A stretch of 64,000 nt of DNA from Amoebophrya sp. A120 (lineage: Eukaryota; Protista; Dinoflagellata). Under the pieces are notes generated by a model. That model saw nothing but the letters and a program-made list of their open reading frames with translations, did no database searches and had not been told where the DNA came from. Made by a program: the position numbers and the translations under genes. Below, piece after piece: positions 1 through 11,939 of the stretch. The DNA is taken from positions 87,265 to 151,264 of the forward strand of contig CAJINV010000019.1 of NCBI GenBank assembly GCA_905178155.1, written 5' to 3'. How positions within the stretch are numbered: the stretch's first letter is position 1; each line of letters starts with the position of its first letter.

Positions 1-125
1 ATTCTAGCATTGCAAATTCCAAAACACGAGTAGAAAATGCTTCTCATTGAGCTCCGCATGAGAAACTTTTTTGGCATGCAGAATTGCATGACAACTATGG
101 GGTGGGGACGTTTTTGCATATGATA
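1..125. mobile_element. Introner-like TIR element family D, right end only (truncated by window)
   Basis: Ends tatggggtggggacgtttttgcatatgata, matching the family D terminus. Confidence 0.75.
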
Positions 126-3100
126 GCGCAATCGAGGGGTTTATCCCCGCCGAGGCCTGCATCACCCCGCCCAACAGCTGCATATCCTGAGTAAAAACGT
201 CCCCACCCCAGAGTTGTCATGCAGATTTGCAAAGACAGGAAGACTTGTAATGCGCATCCCCATGAAAGCCATTTCCCATCGTGTTTTGGAATTTGTGACT
301 CTGCAAAGAGGATGAGGAGATGGCTTTGTGATGCGGCTGTCCTTGCGAAACTGGACTACAATATAGAGGGGAACTTGTCATGCCTGACTCCCAAAACTTC
401 CGGATTTGTGTTGCAGATTTCCCATCTTGACTATGGGGTGGGGACATTTTTCCTCACAATACTGCACCCCCTGGACCTTGTCTTGGTCCACGTTTTTCAA
501 AAGTGTCCGGCTGTAAATCCCACCTCCCTCCACGAAGCGGGCCTCTCGCTGGATCATGACCCGTTCGTTCAGCGTTTTCTGCGATTGCACCACGGCGGCC
601 AAGGGGGTGGTCGACTCCGTCCGCATCGCGTTTTGCAGGTCCAAAATCCGGCTCAACACCTCCGCCTTTCGCCGCAAGAGCCGGAGCTCGCCCGCGGCCC
701 GGGCGCGCTGCTCCTCGGTCACGTATGGAGCCGTCAGGTTTGAAATCGACAAAGTTGAAATGATTTGCCATGCATAAAATGGATGCCAGTTGTAACCCAG
801 TTTCCAACTGGCGCATGACAAATTGGGGTAGAGCCGAGATGCAGTTTGTCATGCTGTTTCGGCAAAGAAGACTGCTCTTGTCATGCTATTTCAGCAGCTC
901 AGTTGCTACCCCTCAACAGGCTTACAATCTGCCTCACTTGCCTACTCTGCAAGGCAGGCACTTTGTGGGCTGTATTTTTTGCATAACAAACTATTTCAAC
1001 TCTGACTATTTCAATCCTGACACATCCATATCACGTAGCGTTCCAGAATGAACTCCTGGTCTGAGGTGAAGTCGAAAGGTTTGTACAGGACTGACGGCTC
1101 CACCACGGTGTTGTGCAGCGCGATATCAACTGCAAATATGTCTGGGTCTGGAAACTTGTAATGTTGCGCTGGGAATAGTGAATCAATGCTCTGTAATGCA
1201 CAGCCAAGCATGAGAAATGTCTGCGCTTCTTTATTGTGTTGCGTGTTTCGCATCACAGACTGCGTTTTTGCATGACAGGCAAAAGGGAAAAGGGTCTCTT
1301 CTTTGACACGCATCACAAACTTTTTGGTCATGCCAGACAAGCATGACAAATCTCGCAATCTTCCAGACCCAGACATTTTTGCATTTGATATGCGACGTAC
1401 CGGAGCAACTCGCTGAGGTCACTGGACCCCCGCTCGAGCAGGTGCACCTTCCGTATGGCGTTCTCAAACGTTACATTCTCAACTGTTACATGAATTTGTG
1501 ATGCAAGAGCCGCAACAGTCAAAGGTGAAAGCTTGCTGCTTTCGCATCACAGATTTGGCACGGATTTAGATGCTGTTTAGCCCTTCGGAAATGTGTCATG
1601 CCAAACAGCTTGATCATCTACCGGCTCAAGGTAGTTTTGCATGACAAATTCATGTAACAGTCGAGAATGTAAGTAACGTTTGAGAACGCCATATTCCGCT
1701 GGCACCGCTGTCGCGCTTCCGACGCGTTCAAAAATTGGTGTCTGCGGAAGGACAAGTTCGCATTCGGCGGGTTGGCCCGGGTCGTCAGCATCTCCTCGTA
1801 CGAAATTTCCGCCGGCGTGAACTTGCCGCCGTGCTCCTCCTTGTGCGCCTTCGGAGGAAAATTGTGCGGATCGATGTACGTCGACGCCGGGTAGGAATGG
1901 AGTTCTTCGGAGTGGAGCAGGATCTGCAAATCCGACTCCTGCACGGTTGCGGCGGCCAGTTCCATCTCCGTCTCGACCAGGTTGTCACTGACCATCACCT
2001 GCAGGGTCAAGACCCGGCAGCGCTCCTGCACCGAGCGCCAGTAGTCGTGCACGCCGCGGGCAAACTTGAGGACCGCGAGCCTCTCCGTCTCCGTCAAGTC
2101 CATCACGTCCTCCTTTTCCCCCGAGAACAAAATCTGGTGGAGGAAGATATCCAAGAAAAAAACTGTGTAAGTGTAAGTCTGTGATGCAGGAAGCGCTAAA
2201 CTGCATACACTTGTCATGCTAGAGGTGCGTCATAGGCCACTTTCATAGGTGTTTCCACGTACTAGCTGCGCATGACAGGTTTTCCCTGTAATGCAAAGCG
2301 AATTTGTGATGATGATCTTCCTACAAATTCACACTTACACAGTTTTTTTCCTGGATAGAAGAGCCCAACGGACGACTCTTCTTGAATGATGCCCTCCCGC
2401 TTCAGCCCGAACGTTTTTTGCACGCTGGTCGCGAGGTAGGGGTCGAGTTTTTCGTCCACCCGCCGCAGCTCATCCCGGAGGACCAGACGCTCGTGGTTGA
2501 AGCTTCCAAACTTCTGCTTGGCGTCCCGCAGCAATTTGTCGAGGTCTTCCCGGACCAAATCGAGGGTAAAAGCCGGCCGCTCCAGTGGCCAGTCGGGGTG
2601 GTCCCGCAAGTCTCGCAGATTGAACACCGGGGTGTAACTGGTCGACACCATCTGCATCTTCCCGGACTTCTGCCGTCCTCTGGGGAGAAAGGCAGAGGGA
2701 ATGCGTGTCATCACGGAGTTGCCCGGACCCATGTCGAATGCGGCACCGGGTGATGCATCCGGTGCAAAAAGGAAACTCTGCGCTCCGCTATTTCTTGCAG
2801 ATCCCGATGTGGAGGAAGAGGATTTGTTTCTACTGCCACCGTCTGCCGCCATAATTCCTCCGGACTTCACCTGCCCCCGGGAGGAGGAGGAGGAGGCGGG
2901 CATATTCATTCTCGTGCTGCTACTCTTGTTCCTGATGTTGGTAAGTGGTATATCCAGTGCGGGTTGCAGTGACAACTCCAATTCCGCGATGGTCTTTTTC
3001 CTTCCATTCCTATCTCCCTGTCGTGGTCCCGGCACAGCACCACCTTTATTTTTCACGCTCCTACTCAAGGACGTCGGAGCGGCAGAAGGTACAATTTCCG

Positions 3101-3449
3101 CTGTGAAAGGCGGGTTCTTCAAATCGTGCCATAGCTGCGTTGCCACTTCCGCGGCCGACTCTGTTTTTCGCAGTGGCGGAGAAGATGCAACTAGAGGTTC
3201 TGACGCCGGACTTGCTCCTGATGTTGCGGTAACTTCTCCGGTTGAAAATGCCGTTGACGGCCGTCCGGGGCGGTAAAAATTCTTACTGTTATCTTCTTGC
3301 CGGAGGTCATCGTCCTCGTCCTCGTTTTCTTCACTTTGCTGCAAGTCGATGTACCTGTCTACGACATTCGAAATGCGGTTCGAGAGATCCTCTTTCTGCG
3401 GAAGGACTGGCACAGGGGCGGTCTCGGTCTCGCCGAAACGGAAAGCCAT
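1..3449 (-). CDS. Multi-exon hypothetical protein, 3' end beyond window start; interrupted by 6 TIR introns
   Basis: ATG at 3449 (ORF 2262..3449). Exons ~2358-3449, 1694-2147, 1391-1453, 1031-1123, 462-723, 126-182 join in frame after removing each element plus one 5-bp repeat (..SVGLF/LHQILF..CQR/KVHLL..RYVA/LHNTV..RYV/TEEQR..QGVQ/LLGG). Confidence 0.85.
183..461. mobile_element. Introner-like TIR element family D
   Basis: tatcctgagtaaaaacgtccccacccca ... tggggtggggacatttttcctcacaata; perfect 5-bp flanks ctgca/ctgca; frame restored. Confidence 0.9.
724..1030. mobile_element. Introner-like TIR element, singleton family
   Basis: Imperfect TIR tatggagccgtcaggtttgaaat / atttcaatcctgacacatccata; flanks tcacg/tcacg; frame restored. 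Confidence 0.85.
1124..1390. mobile_element. Introner-like TIR element family A
   Basis: tatcaactgcaaatatgtctgggtctggaa ... ttccagacccagacatttttgcatttgata; flanks cgcga/tgcga; frame restored. Confidence 0.9.
1454..1693. mobile_element. Introner-like TIR element family B
   Basis: tatggcgttctcaaacgttac ... gtaacgtttgagaacgccata; flanks ttccg/ttccg; frame restored. Confidence 0.92.
2148..2357. mobile_element. Introner-like TIR element family E
   Basis: tatccaagaaaaaaactgtgtaagtgt ... acacttacacagtttttttcctggata; flanks gaaga/gaaga; frame restored. Confidence 0.92.
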
Positions 3450-4337
3450 TCTTTCTCCCCCCTGAGCCTACCGGGAAGATAACTGCTGTGTCACTCTGTA
3501 CTTGTTCTTAAAATGGAACCCGAAACTACTGCACTGGGCAGTAACAGCATCAAGAACAGTCACAGTGTGCAGAAAGAGTGAGAGCAGCATGATAATTTTT
3601 TTGCTTTAGGAGATTTGTTGTGTTGGTATTCCTGTATCTTGCGACCATAGCAAGCTAGTACAAGAAGCTGTAATGCGACGAGCGAACTCGAACTACCTTT
3701 CTTGCGCCTTCAGATGGGCAAGTACCAGGGTGGAAATTTGAGATTTAACCTGCTCGTCAAACTTCTTCTCAACGCTCAAGTTTTGTCATTCTCAGCGCTC
3801 GTAAAAGCAGAGCGATCGACGACATTACCGCACTCCAAGCCAATAGTCACTCAACACCGAATGTCTCAAGTTTCGCTGCCTGAATTGATGCCTCCCCTGG
3901 TCGTGTAGAATTCGCTGCAAGTAAGCGAATGTTGAAGAGGACTTTTCACAGCCACAAGGGCGGGACTCGTCTGAGTCGACCAGACGGTGCGCTCATTGCG
4001 CTCATCGAAACGAGCCAAGGAGGCAGGACAGATTTTGGAGCTTTCTTTGTGCGTCGACCTTTCGAACAACAGCGCTACTTTTCGATAAAAGGAGCAGGCG
4101 TAAAGAATACGCAAATGTGGGGCCTTGTTGGCCTTCATTTGAAGCAACAGGTGCAGGAAGATACATAGGTTTCCGTTTGTGCTACTTGGTCCTTTTTGTT
4201 TGTCCAAAGAACTGAAATAAAATATTGATGAAGCGCAACCGAAAGTGTTTTGTAGTCAACGAACATGGTGACGTTCGGGCCGATGGGTTGTTCGAAGAGC
4301 AAGAGATCAAAAACGCGTGGTCGTTATTTCCAATCAC

Positions 4338-7300
4338 CTAAGCTGCACACTCGTTGGCTGCACAATGATTCCTGTTGAGCACCAACAATCTGTCCCGTTC
4401 CCTCGTGACATCCAGCAGTTCCAGCTTCGTGTCTTTTAATTTCGCCTGCAGCTGCTCCACCAGTTCTGCGTACGCGTCTAGTTCCGCTCCCGCATTCCAA
4501 TTGTCGTCCTCATCGTTGAAATTCGTGTCGGAGTTGTCATCTTTTGGAACGTATGCATTTTTGCAAATTTCAATCTGGGAGCTCTGGATCTGGAAGAACG
4601 CACGACCACATCACGTCCAAAATCTGTAATACTGCAAGATGAGCTCCACATAAAGCTGCCCACTCCTTGCTACGGGAAGAGCGAAAAACTTACCGTTCGG
4701 GATAGACATTTTTGAAAAGCCTGCGCAAAACCTGTACATACTGTTTTTGCGTGCGTTCCAGATAATTCTGGTGCATGTCAGGTTAATGACATCTGGATCC
4801 TCTGCTTCATGCAAAACCTGCATCATCACAAGCATGTGTAATGTAAGTACTTATTTCATCCAGGCCCAGACATGTTTGCAATGGATAGACAGGCAACGGC
4901 GACGGCCGCAGCTACTCTCGTGGTACATTTTTCCCCTGCAACTTCCTCGTCCTTGGACGAACAGTGTTGCGCCGCAGCAGCTTCCATGCTTTCGATTTTC
5001 TTCTTGAAGCCTAGCAGGACGTTCTGTAACAGGGCTTCAACAGGAGTGGCGTCGGAAGGTAAGGGCGGAAATGAGGTTGCGGCTCCTGGGGTTGTTTTTC
5101 AATCGTCATTTCATAGGTCGTGGAAATGAATGATTAAACGACTACCTGGTATGTTGACGAGACCCAAGTACTTATATCCATAGTCGTCGAGCACGGATCA
5201 TTCGTCGCTAAACATCGTGGTTGATTTGATAACTGATGAAAGCACTACAATTATGGATACCGTCGTCCATCTCAACGTCGTCCGTTCTTGCACGCGTTTC
5301 ATCTTCCACACCACAGTTCTTCTTTATTTCATCGTCCGGTGTAGTTCTTGTTCTTCTCACCTCCCGCAGCAGAACTTCTCTGACTCTTTCGAGCGCTGAA
5401 CTATACTCTTCGCACTTCTGATTCACCATGGAACAGTTGTTACTTTCCACCGCGCACTGCTTCCGCAGCTGAAACCCCTTTTCTTCCGCATCCGTCAGCT
5501 GCGCTTGGAGGAGGCAAACTTGTTGCTGCAAGTGTTCCACTAATTGCTGCTTCTCGGCAAGGGAAATAGTGGCTTCCTTCTGCCTCTTTTCCAAAACCGA
5601 TTTAAGTTGCAAGTTGGCTTGCTGGAGCAAAGACGCCCGCTTTGTCAGGTCCTCGTTCATTTCGTCGTACTGATCTCTTTCCAGATCCATCACTTTTTTC
5701 TGCTCCTCGATCTGCTGGGAGAAAATCTCGATCTTGTGCTGAATCTGCTCCTATGCATTGCAAATGTATCTGGGTGGTCCACCTCTGGAAGTTTGCAAAA
5801 CATTTCATGCCCATTTTGCAAGGCCCATGATCGATCTGGGATGTAGTTTCCCCTAGCATCACAGCTCTTGCGAGGAATACTTTACTTCTTGATGCCTATA
5901 TTGCATGAGAAATGCCTCCTCGTCAGCGTAAGAAAATCCGGACTCTTGTTGCTGCTCACGCAAGACAGATTTTTGCATCCTCCAAGGGCAGCATTACAAG
6001 TTGCACTCTTCCGGAGGACACCCAGGGTTCTTGGCAAAGGCATAGCTCCTTCTCCAACTTGCTTTGCGTTTGCTCCAGTTCCACCTTGCTGTACAGCTGT
6101 TGGATCTCGTGGTGAAGTTTTTGGTTGTCAAGGTTCAGCTTCTCGCTCTCGTTCTTGCCCTTCTGCTTTTCATGGTGCAGTTCCCGTTCAAACTCCTCCC
6201 GAACTTTTCGTCCCTTTTCCGCTTCCGTCTCACGGCACCACTCGAACTGTTTCTGCTGTTCCTGCAGTTTCTTCTCGAGACCTTCTATCAAATCCGCTTG
6301 CTTGCCCTTTTCTTCGGTCAGCAGTCTGATTCTCTTTTCCAGTTGCGGGAACGCGCCCTCCGTGGTCGCCCGAAGCTCCAGCAAAGCCGCGGTCTGCTTT
6401 CCAAACTCGGCGTTTTTGGTCGCGACGAGGGTCTCGTAGCGCTGCAGCTCGGCAGCGTGTTTCGCTGACAGAGACGCGAGTTGCTCGTCGTGGCGCTGTT
6501 GGAGAGTTTGTTGCAATGTGTTCTCCTGGTGCTTCAGCCGTTCCGTGATCTCGAGCTCGTACTGCAGCTTCAACTCGCAAAGCGCTTTTTCATGGAGCTG
6601 CTTCATCTGCCGCTCCACAAGCTCGTGTTCTTCTTCCCGCTTTTGCTGGACGAGAGATGCTTGCTCGTGTTCCATTTTGCTTTTCCATGCAGCAGCTGCG
6701 TCGTGGTCGGGATCTTGTTCCGGCACAGCAGCTGCTAAGATATTCACGTCTAGGCTCGTCGGGCTGCAGGAGAGGTTCTTTACCCTCCGTTTCTTCTTGT
6801 GTTCATCGTCTTCTTCAATGGGGTAGTTGCTAGTACTCGGCAACATTGGACTTGCGAGCGAAATCTGCTCCAGCTGTTTTTCGTTTTCTTGCTTCAGCTG
6901 CCTAAACTTCTCCTCGTGCTGGGCTTTTTCCCTTTGTCTTGCTTCCAGGTCAAATTCCTTTTCCTTGTCCCGCTTTGCCAACTCCAGCGTGAGTCGCGTG
7001 AGTTTCGTCTGCAGCTTCGCGAGTTCTTCGTCCTTTTTGCTCGCGATGCTCTTCACCTTACTCGCGGCGATCATGCCAAAGCGAAAGAAATCCGAGTGCG
7101 TTTGCAATTCGTGAAAGGCCTTGTCCGTGTGATACTTCAGCTTGTTTTCGACCAGAGCAGATATGCATCCCAAATACAGTATGTTTAGATCCAGGGTCGT
7201 CCACTTGTGTTGGTGTGATGCAGACAGCGTCACCTCAAAGTCAAAACGCAGTGTAATGCTGTTCATGCACGGTCAAGGTCAAGCTACAGCAGGACGAGAA

Positions 7301-8749
7301 TTTTCTGCCCGGCTAGAAGGCGCATGCGTAAGTATAGCCTGACTGGATGAACTTGAGTGACACTTCGCGTTCTTGCATGACAAGCAAACTTAAACTGCTG
7401 CTAGCACCTGCGCATCAGAAAGGTTTCAATTTTCCAATCACACACGTATTTTTGCACTGGTTAGCGGCAAACTTTGACAGCGAGGCTTCGAGTTTCAGCC
7501 GCCGTTGCTGTTCCTTTACGCGCCGGAGCTCGGAGACCTGTAGTAGTTACCTTTTGAGTTCGATTCGCACCCACGTAAGTACTATCCTTGTCATGCAGTA
7601 ATAAACCTGGAGTAGCACTACAACAGCGGTCTTCACGACCGATGGAGGATTGCATGCAGTTTGATGTGGTCTTCGTCTTCCTGCATCAGAAGCACGTCAA
7701 TGAGGCGTAATCAAGAACTTCTTTCAAAGAAATACCTTCTTCGCCAGCAACACAAAGCTCGCCCAGGAGCGAAAACTCAAATGCAGGAAGTGCCTCCTGG
7801 ACCGGGCCAGCACCGTGTTTAAGGTGTCGCGCTTCCTTGCCAGATTGATCTCCAGCAGCTGAATCCTGCTTTCGCTGTCTGTTGATTGTCTGGCTAGGTG
7901 GTTGCTGTTCCTCAGAACGGAGGCTGCAAAAGAAAAATCCTGCATGGACGCTGACATGTTGTTCACTGTCGTTGCGGTGGTGCTGCAGGTGCTGTGAGAT
8001 AGCAAAGGGTTATTTGCGATGTTTTTCACGAACTGAGCAGCACGGGTATTTCGACCTCCAGCATCATCTACATTTATTTCCTCATATCGGCCGGGAAATA
8101 TAGTATCAGAACTGGGAAGACCAGTTGATGTCCACGACCTGGTCGCTGTTGTTGTTGCGTAATGATTTCTAGCAGAATGCGTCCGCCTGCTGCCCCGACT
8201 TCCAGCACCTAGATGCGCGATGCGGCCTATGTCGGAGAGCATACTCGTGTGGACGACCCCGAGTGGCTTCTTGTGGCAGGCCTTGGACTTCATGCTACTT
8301 GACGACGACGACGCAGCGTCTCTTGAGGTTCTTCGTCTTGGGGACGAGAAATTATCATCGTCCGAAGCGCTCGATTGCTTGATATTCATCCCTATTGCGT
8401 GTTCAGCTCCCCGCTCCGGCGACGAAGGTTCTTGCCAGCTTTCCGTGAAGTTGTAATCTTCTACGTCGTCCTCGTGTTCGCCCGGCGACTGCTCGAGAAG
8501 CGTCTTCATTTTCTTCGACGGGTGATTACTAGACTCGGCCCGCGACGATGAAGGCGAGCTGGGACTAGATGAAGACATCAATAGTGGCGAGATGTGGTCT
8601 TCTGAAGGCCCCCTTGCAAAACTACATCTGGTCTCAGGGGCTGCAATGGCGTCGTCGGCCAATGAAGATCTTGTCGTGGTGCAGGATCTACTCCCCGCGG
8701 CGGGGGACGCACATCGTCCGCTAGAAGAGGTTCGTTGCGCTGCTGCCAT
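4338..8749 (-). CDS. Multi-exon coiled-coil protein with Ser-rich N-terminus
   Basis: ORFs 7724..8758, 5956..7266 and 5208..5693 are E/K/Q-rich heptad-like or low complexity. TIR introns 5752-6044 and 4552-4887 splice in frame; last exon ends ..NECAA TAG at 4338-4340. Several short GT-AG-type introns at 5.1-5.3 kb and 7.1-7.7 kb were not fully resolved. Confidence 0.7.
4552..4887. mobile_element. Degenerate family A introner
   Basis: Decayed TIRs (tatgcatttttgcaaat.. / ..cccagacatgtttgcaatggata); flanks diverged (gaacg/gacag), but removing element+5 nt joins ..AVAC/PKDDNS in frame. Confidence 0.65.
5752..6044. mobile_element. Family A-variant introner
   Basis: tatgcattgcaaatgtatctgggt.. / ..acccagggttcttggcaaaggcata; flanks gctcc/gctcc; frame restored (KE/QIQHK). 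Confidence 0.85.
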
Positions 8750-9407
8750 CGGTTTCACATTCGAAGCCGTAACGGTCTTTAGATGAGTTCAGAAATCTGA
8801 TCGAAATCTTCAAACTAGAGCATAGAATTTGGTGAGTTTAGTACTAAGTAGCTCCAGCATATGAAAAAAGCTGAAATCTGCTCATCCCGGCATCAGTAGA
8901 ATGCCTTTTTTTGGTTGTGGCTTGAAGGCTAAGCCGAGTTTTAGCAACTCAAATCCTTTGACTTGGTCTGGTGAAGCAGACGGAGCGCTACTGTGCGCAA
9001 TGCGACCAAATCTTCGTAGTTTGTCGCTCGACTTGTTTTCTTGCATGTGGGGTGACTTTTGACATACTGGGAATTTCTCGCAGCTTCAACGAACCGCTTA
9101 GTCTCCGGTTCTTTGAGGAACAAAGAATTAAGGCGATTTGAGAGAGAAGACGCTGAGACGATTTTCAATCTTTCTCGCGCACGAGACAGGAGAAGTCTCT
9201 TGGGAAACGGGACGACCACGCGAGGCCACTGTTTCATTTAGCGTAATACCACACGAGGATGCTGCACGATACGGAAAGAACACAAACCAAACATCGCCAT
9301 TTTAACGTTGTAGTTTCCGCACCGTCTGGCGGTTTCCTTTCGTTTGTTTCAGCTCTTGTGTAGTCTTTGGTACTTGTTGTATCGGTTTGCGACCACTACT
9401 CTACTGC

Positions 9408-11267
9408 TTATGACAACGCGTCTAGATCTTCAACAGCTGCAGGTTTTACGCTTGCACTTTCAACATCATTATTTTGGGCTTCTTGTTCACCAGCAAGCGG
9501 ACCTCCACCTTCGGTTTTCTGCAAAATCTCCCCCCACACCGGATCTCCATTTTCGTCCAGCTCGCCCGCCTCCTTTTTCTTTTCGTATTCCTCGAACGCT
9601 TTTTGGAACCATTCTGGGGGCCCCTTCTCCTGGATCTCGTCCCAGTATTTGTCTGTGGGCGCGCCCATCTCGGCCTGCATCTTCTCCGCGTCGAGACCTG
9701 GGGTAGTGTTGTGCTATGCTGTTTATGCATCGGAAAGTATCGTGATCGTCCGTTCGTAGTATAAATCTCATGACAAGAAATTTTCTCAAGAACAAGAAAA
9801 GTACAGGTTGTCATGCAGATTCAGGTAAGAAACACAACAAGCTATATAGAAGATCATTTCAGAAAAAAAGAACTGTAGCACTCGTAAGAAGAAAGCTGCA
9901 GTAAAGAGTACCTCCTTGCTCAATGTACTCCAGTGCTTCTTTCCTGGACTTCTTCAGCCTCTTCATGATATCAACAATGACTTTCTCTTTTTCCTCCCGC
10001 CGACGCCGCTTTTGCTCCTTCGTCAGTTCGTGTTTGTCCAGCAACAGCTCGTCCTCAAATTGCTGTATCAAATGCAAACATGTCATCTCGATCTGAATTC
10101 TGAAAACAGAAACCTGTGACGCTGGTTTGAGAAAAATACGAGGACACCGCAATTGACTGCCAAGAATGACAAGTTGTGGAGATGCTGGGCACAGGCGTTC
10201 CGTTGTCTATGGTGCATAGCATGACAAACTGGGCTTCTGCTTGACAGTGCCTTTGGCTCATGCGCATGACAGACTTGTTGAGAGTTATGGTAGCCGAGCA
10301 TAACAAACCTTGCATCTTTTTGAATTTGAACTCATCGATCCGACATATTCACATTTCATATGTTGTCTCGCTTTACTATTTCCAGTGGACGAGGAGGATG
10401 CTGAGTTCTTTGCAATTCCACTATCCCCGGCACTATCGGTACTGGGCAGTTCGGCTGCAACCTGGTCGCTGGTCGCCACCTGCAGCTTCTCCAGATCCTC
10501 CACTGTGTAGTACTTCTTTTCCTTGATGGAGTTCGTCTTCTCATCGAGCCCATGCATTGCAAAAGAATATGATCCGCACCAATGCATCACGACCCGCATG
10601 AAGACCGTCGCACCAGATCATTTTGGTACGACAGAAAATACAACTGCGACTTCAACTCGTCATACTAGGTGAAGATAAACAAGAAGACAGGACGAAAATA
10701 ACGATACTAGCAGTGCTAGTGCTGCAATTTGTAAGAATCTAATCAAGTGGTAGCGGAAGCGAATAAGCTTTTTGCACTGCATAAAGCCAGACGGTGTTCC
10801 CCTTCGCCCAGGCGGAGACGATTTGTCGCTGGTGCGCCGGGGTCAGGGATTTCTCTTTGACCAATTTTTTGATCGCTGCCGAGGCATCCTTCAGATTCTC
10901 CTTGTCGAGCGCCAGGACGGTGGCTTCGTGCAGTTCCGCGTTGGTTGCTCCCACCACGGTATCAAATGTAAAAGTGTCTGGGTCTGGAAGATTCTGAGAC
11001 TTGTCATGCATGTTTTGCATTGGCCATGATGCATGTCTGTGATGCATGCCCTAGCATCACAGATTTTTTGAGGGCTTCGTGATGCCTATTCCGCATGACA
11101 AATGCCCTCTCCGCGTAGCAAAAATTGCATTCCCTTTGCTGCTCATGCAATACAGATTTTTCTGGAATCCAAATTCAGCATCGCCAGTTGCATTCTTCCA
11201 GACCCAGACACTTTTACACTTGATACACGGCGGAGGTAGAAGGGGACGCCGTGGTGGTCATCGCCAT
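9408..11267 (-). CDS. Multi-exon hypothetical protein (3 TIR introns + 1 GT-AG intron)
   Basis: MAMTTT..SAV/VGATNAEL..TVWL/DEKTNS..KARQ/QFEDELL..EQG/GLDAEKMQ..DALS stop at 9408; GT-AG intron 9698-9911. Start codon tentative. Confidence 0.75.
10066..10360. mobile_element. Degenerate family A introner
   Basis: tatcaaatgcaaacatgtc ... gacatattcacatttcata; flanks tgctg/tgttg; frame restored. Confidence 0.8.
10551..10783. mobile_element. Degenerate family C-like introner
   Basis: catgcattgcaaaag ... ctttttgcactgcata; flanks gagcc/aagcc; frame restored. Confidence 0.75.
10960..11225. mobile_element. Introner family A
   Basis: Long TIR tatcaaatgtaaaagtgtctgggtctggaag; flanks cacgg/cacgg. Confidence 0.92.
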
Positions 11268-11939
11268 GGCTTGGACTGATGTAGTTCCGGCGCTCAAGTT
11301 GTACCAGTCCCGTTGCTGATACTTTTTGAAGATGCGCTTCACGACACAAGTGAACAAGGTGTTCAAAATGCGTGCGGTAGAAGCATGTAGTTCTTCTCTC
11401 TTAGTCTAGCGTCTACCACGTCACGGACAGCGGTATAGACCTCGATAAAGATTTTGCACAAGAAAAATACTAACCCGCTATCTACATCCGCTTGCTGACT
11501 TCTTTTAATTTTACAGGAAAACAACCAAATCCCTCTTTGTCTTGGTTCTCCTTGTTCTCTCGGGGAGCTAGTAGCCCACGTAGTTGTAGTTCGTGAACTA
11601 ATCCCCTAAACCCTAAGCCTGTCTCTCGTTCACGTTCACTCGTTGGTTTGGCTCCGCTTTCACTCCTGACGCCCTCCGTGAATATTCCGCTTGTGACGCC
11701 ACACGTCTGCCGAATGAAAAAGATGCTTTTCCTTGGCCACTGCGGCATCGATCTGGGAAAATCAGGCGGAAGCCTACTGGCAAGCACAAAATGCGCAAAG
11801 GCCAGGGAAGAGAATGACCGTGGAGGTCGTTCTCAGTGCGCTGCTGGGTTTTTTCGGAGATGGCTGGCACCTCGCAGACCATTCAGGAATGCACCTTACA
11901 GGCCATTCAGGAATAAACATAGCACCACAGAATGAGAGG

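Noticed and set aside
1124-1390. Group I/II self-splicing or tRNA-type intron identity for the elements
   Set aside because: Too short and lacking recognisable catalytic cores; no evidence for a bulge-helix-bulge consensus, though endonuclease-type splicing cannot be excluded without folding analysis.
11604-11616. ccctaaaccctaa telomere-like motif
   Set aside because: Under two full TTTAGGG units; compatible with chance.
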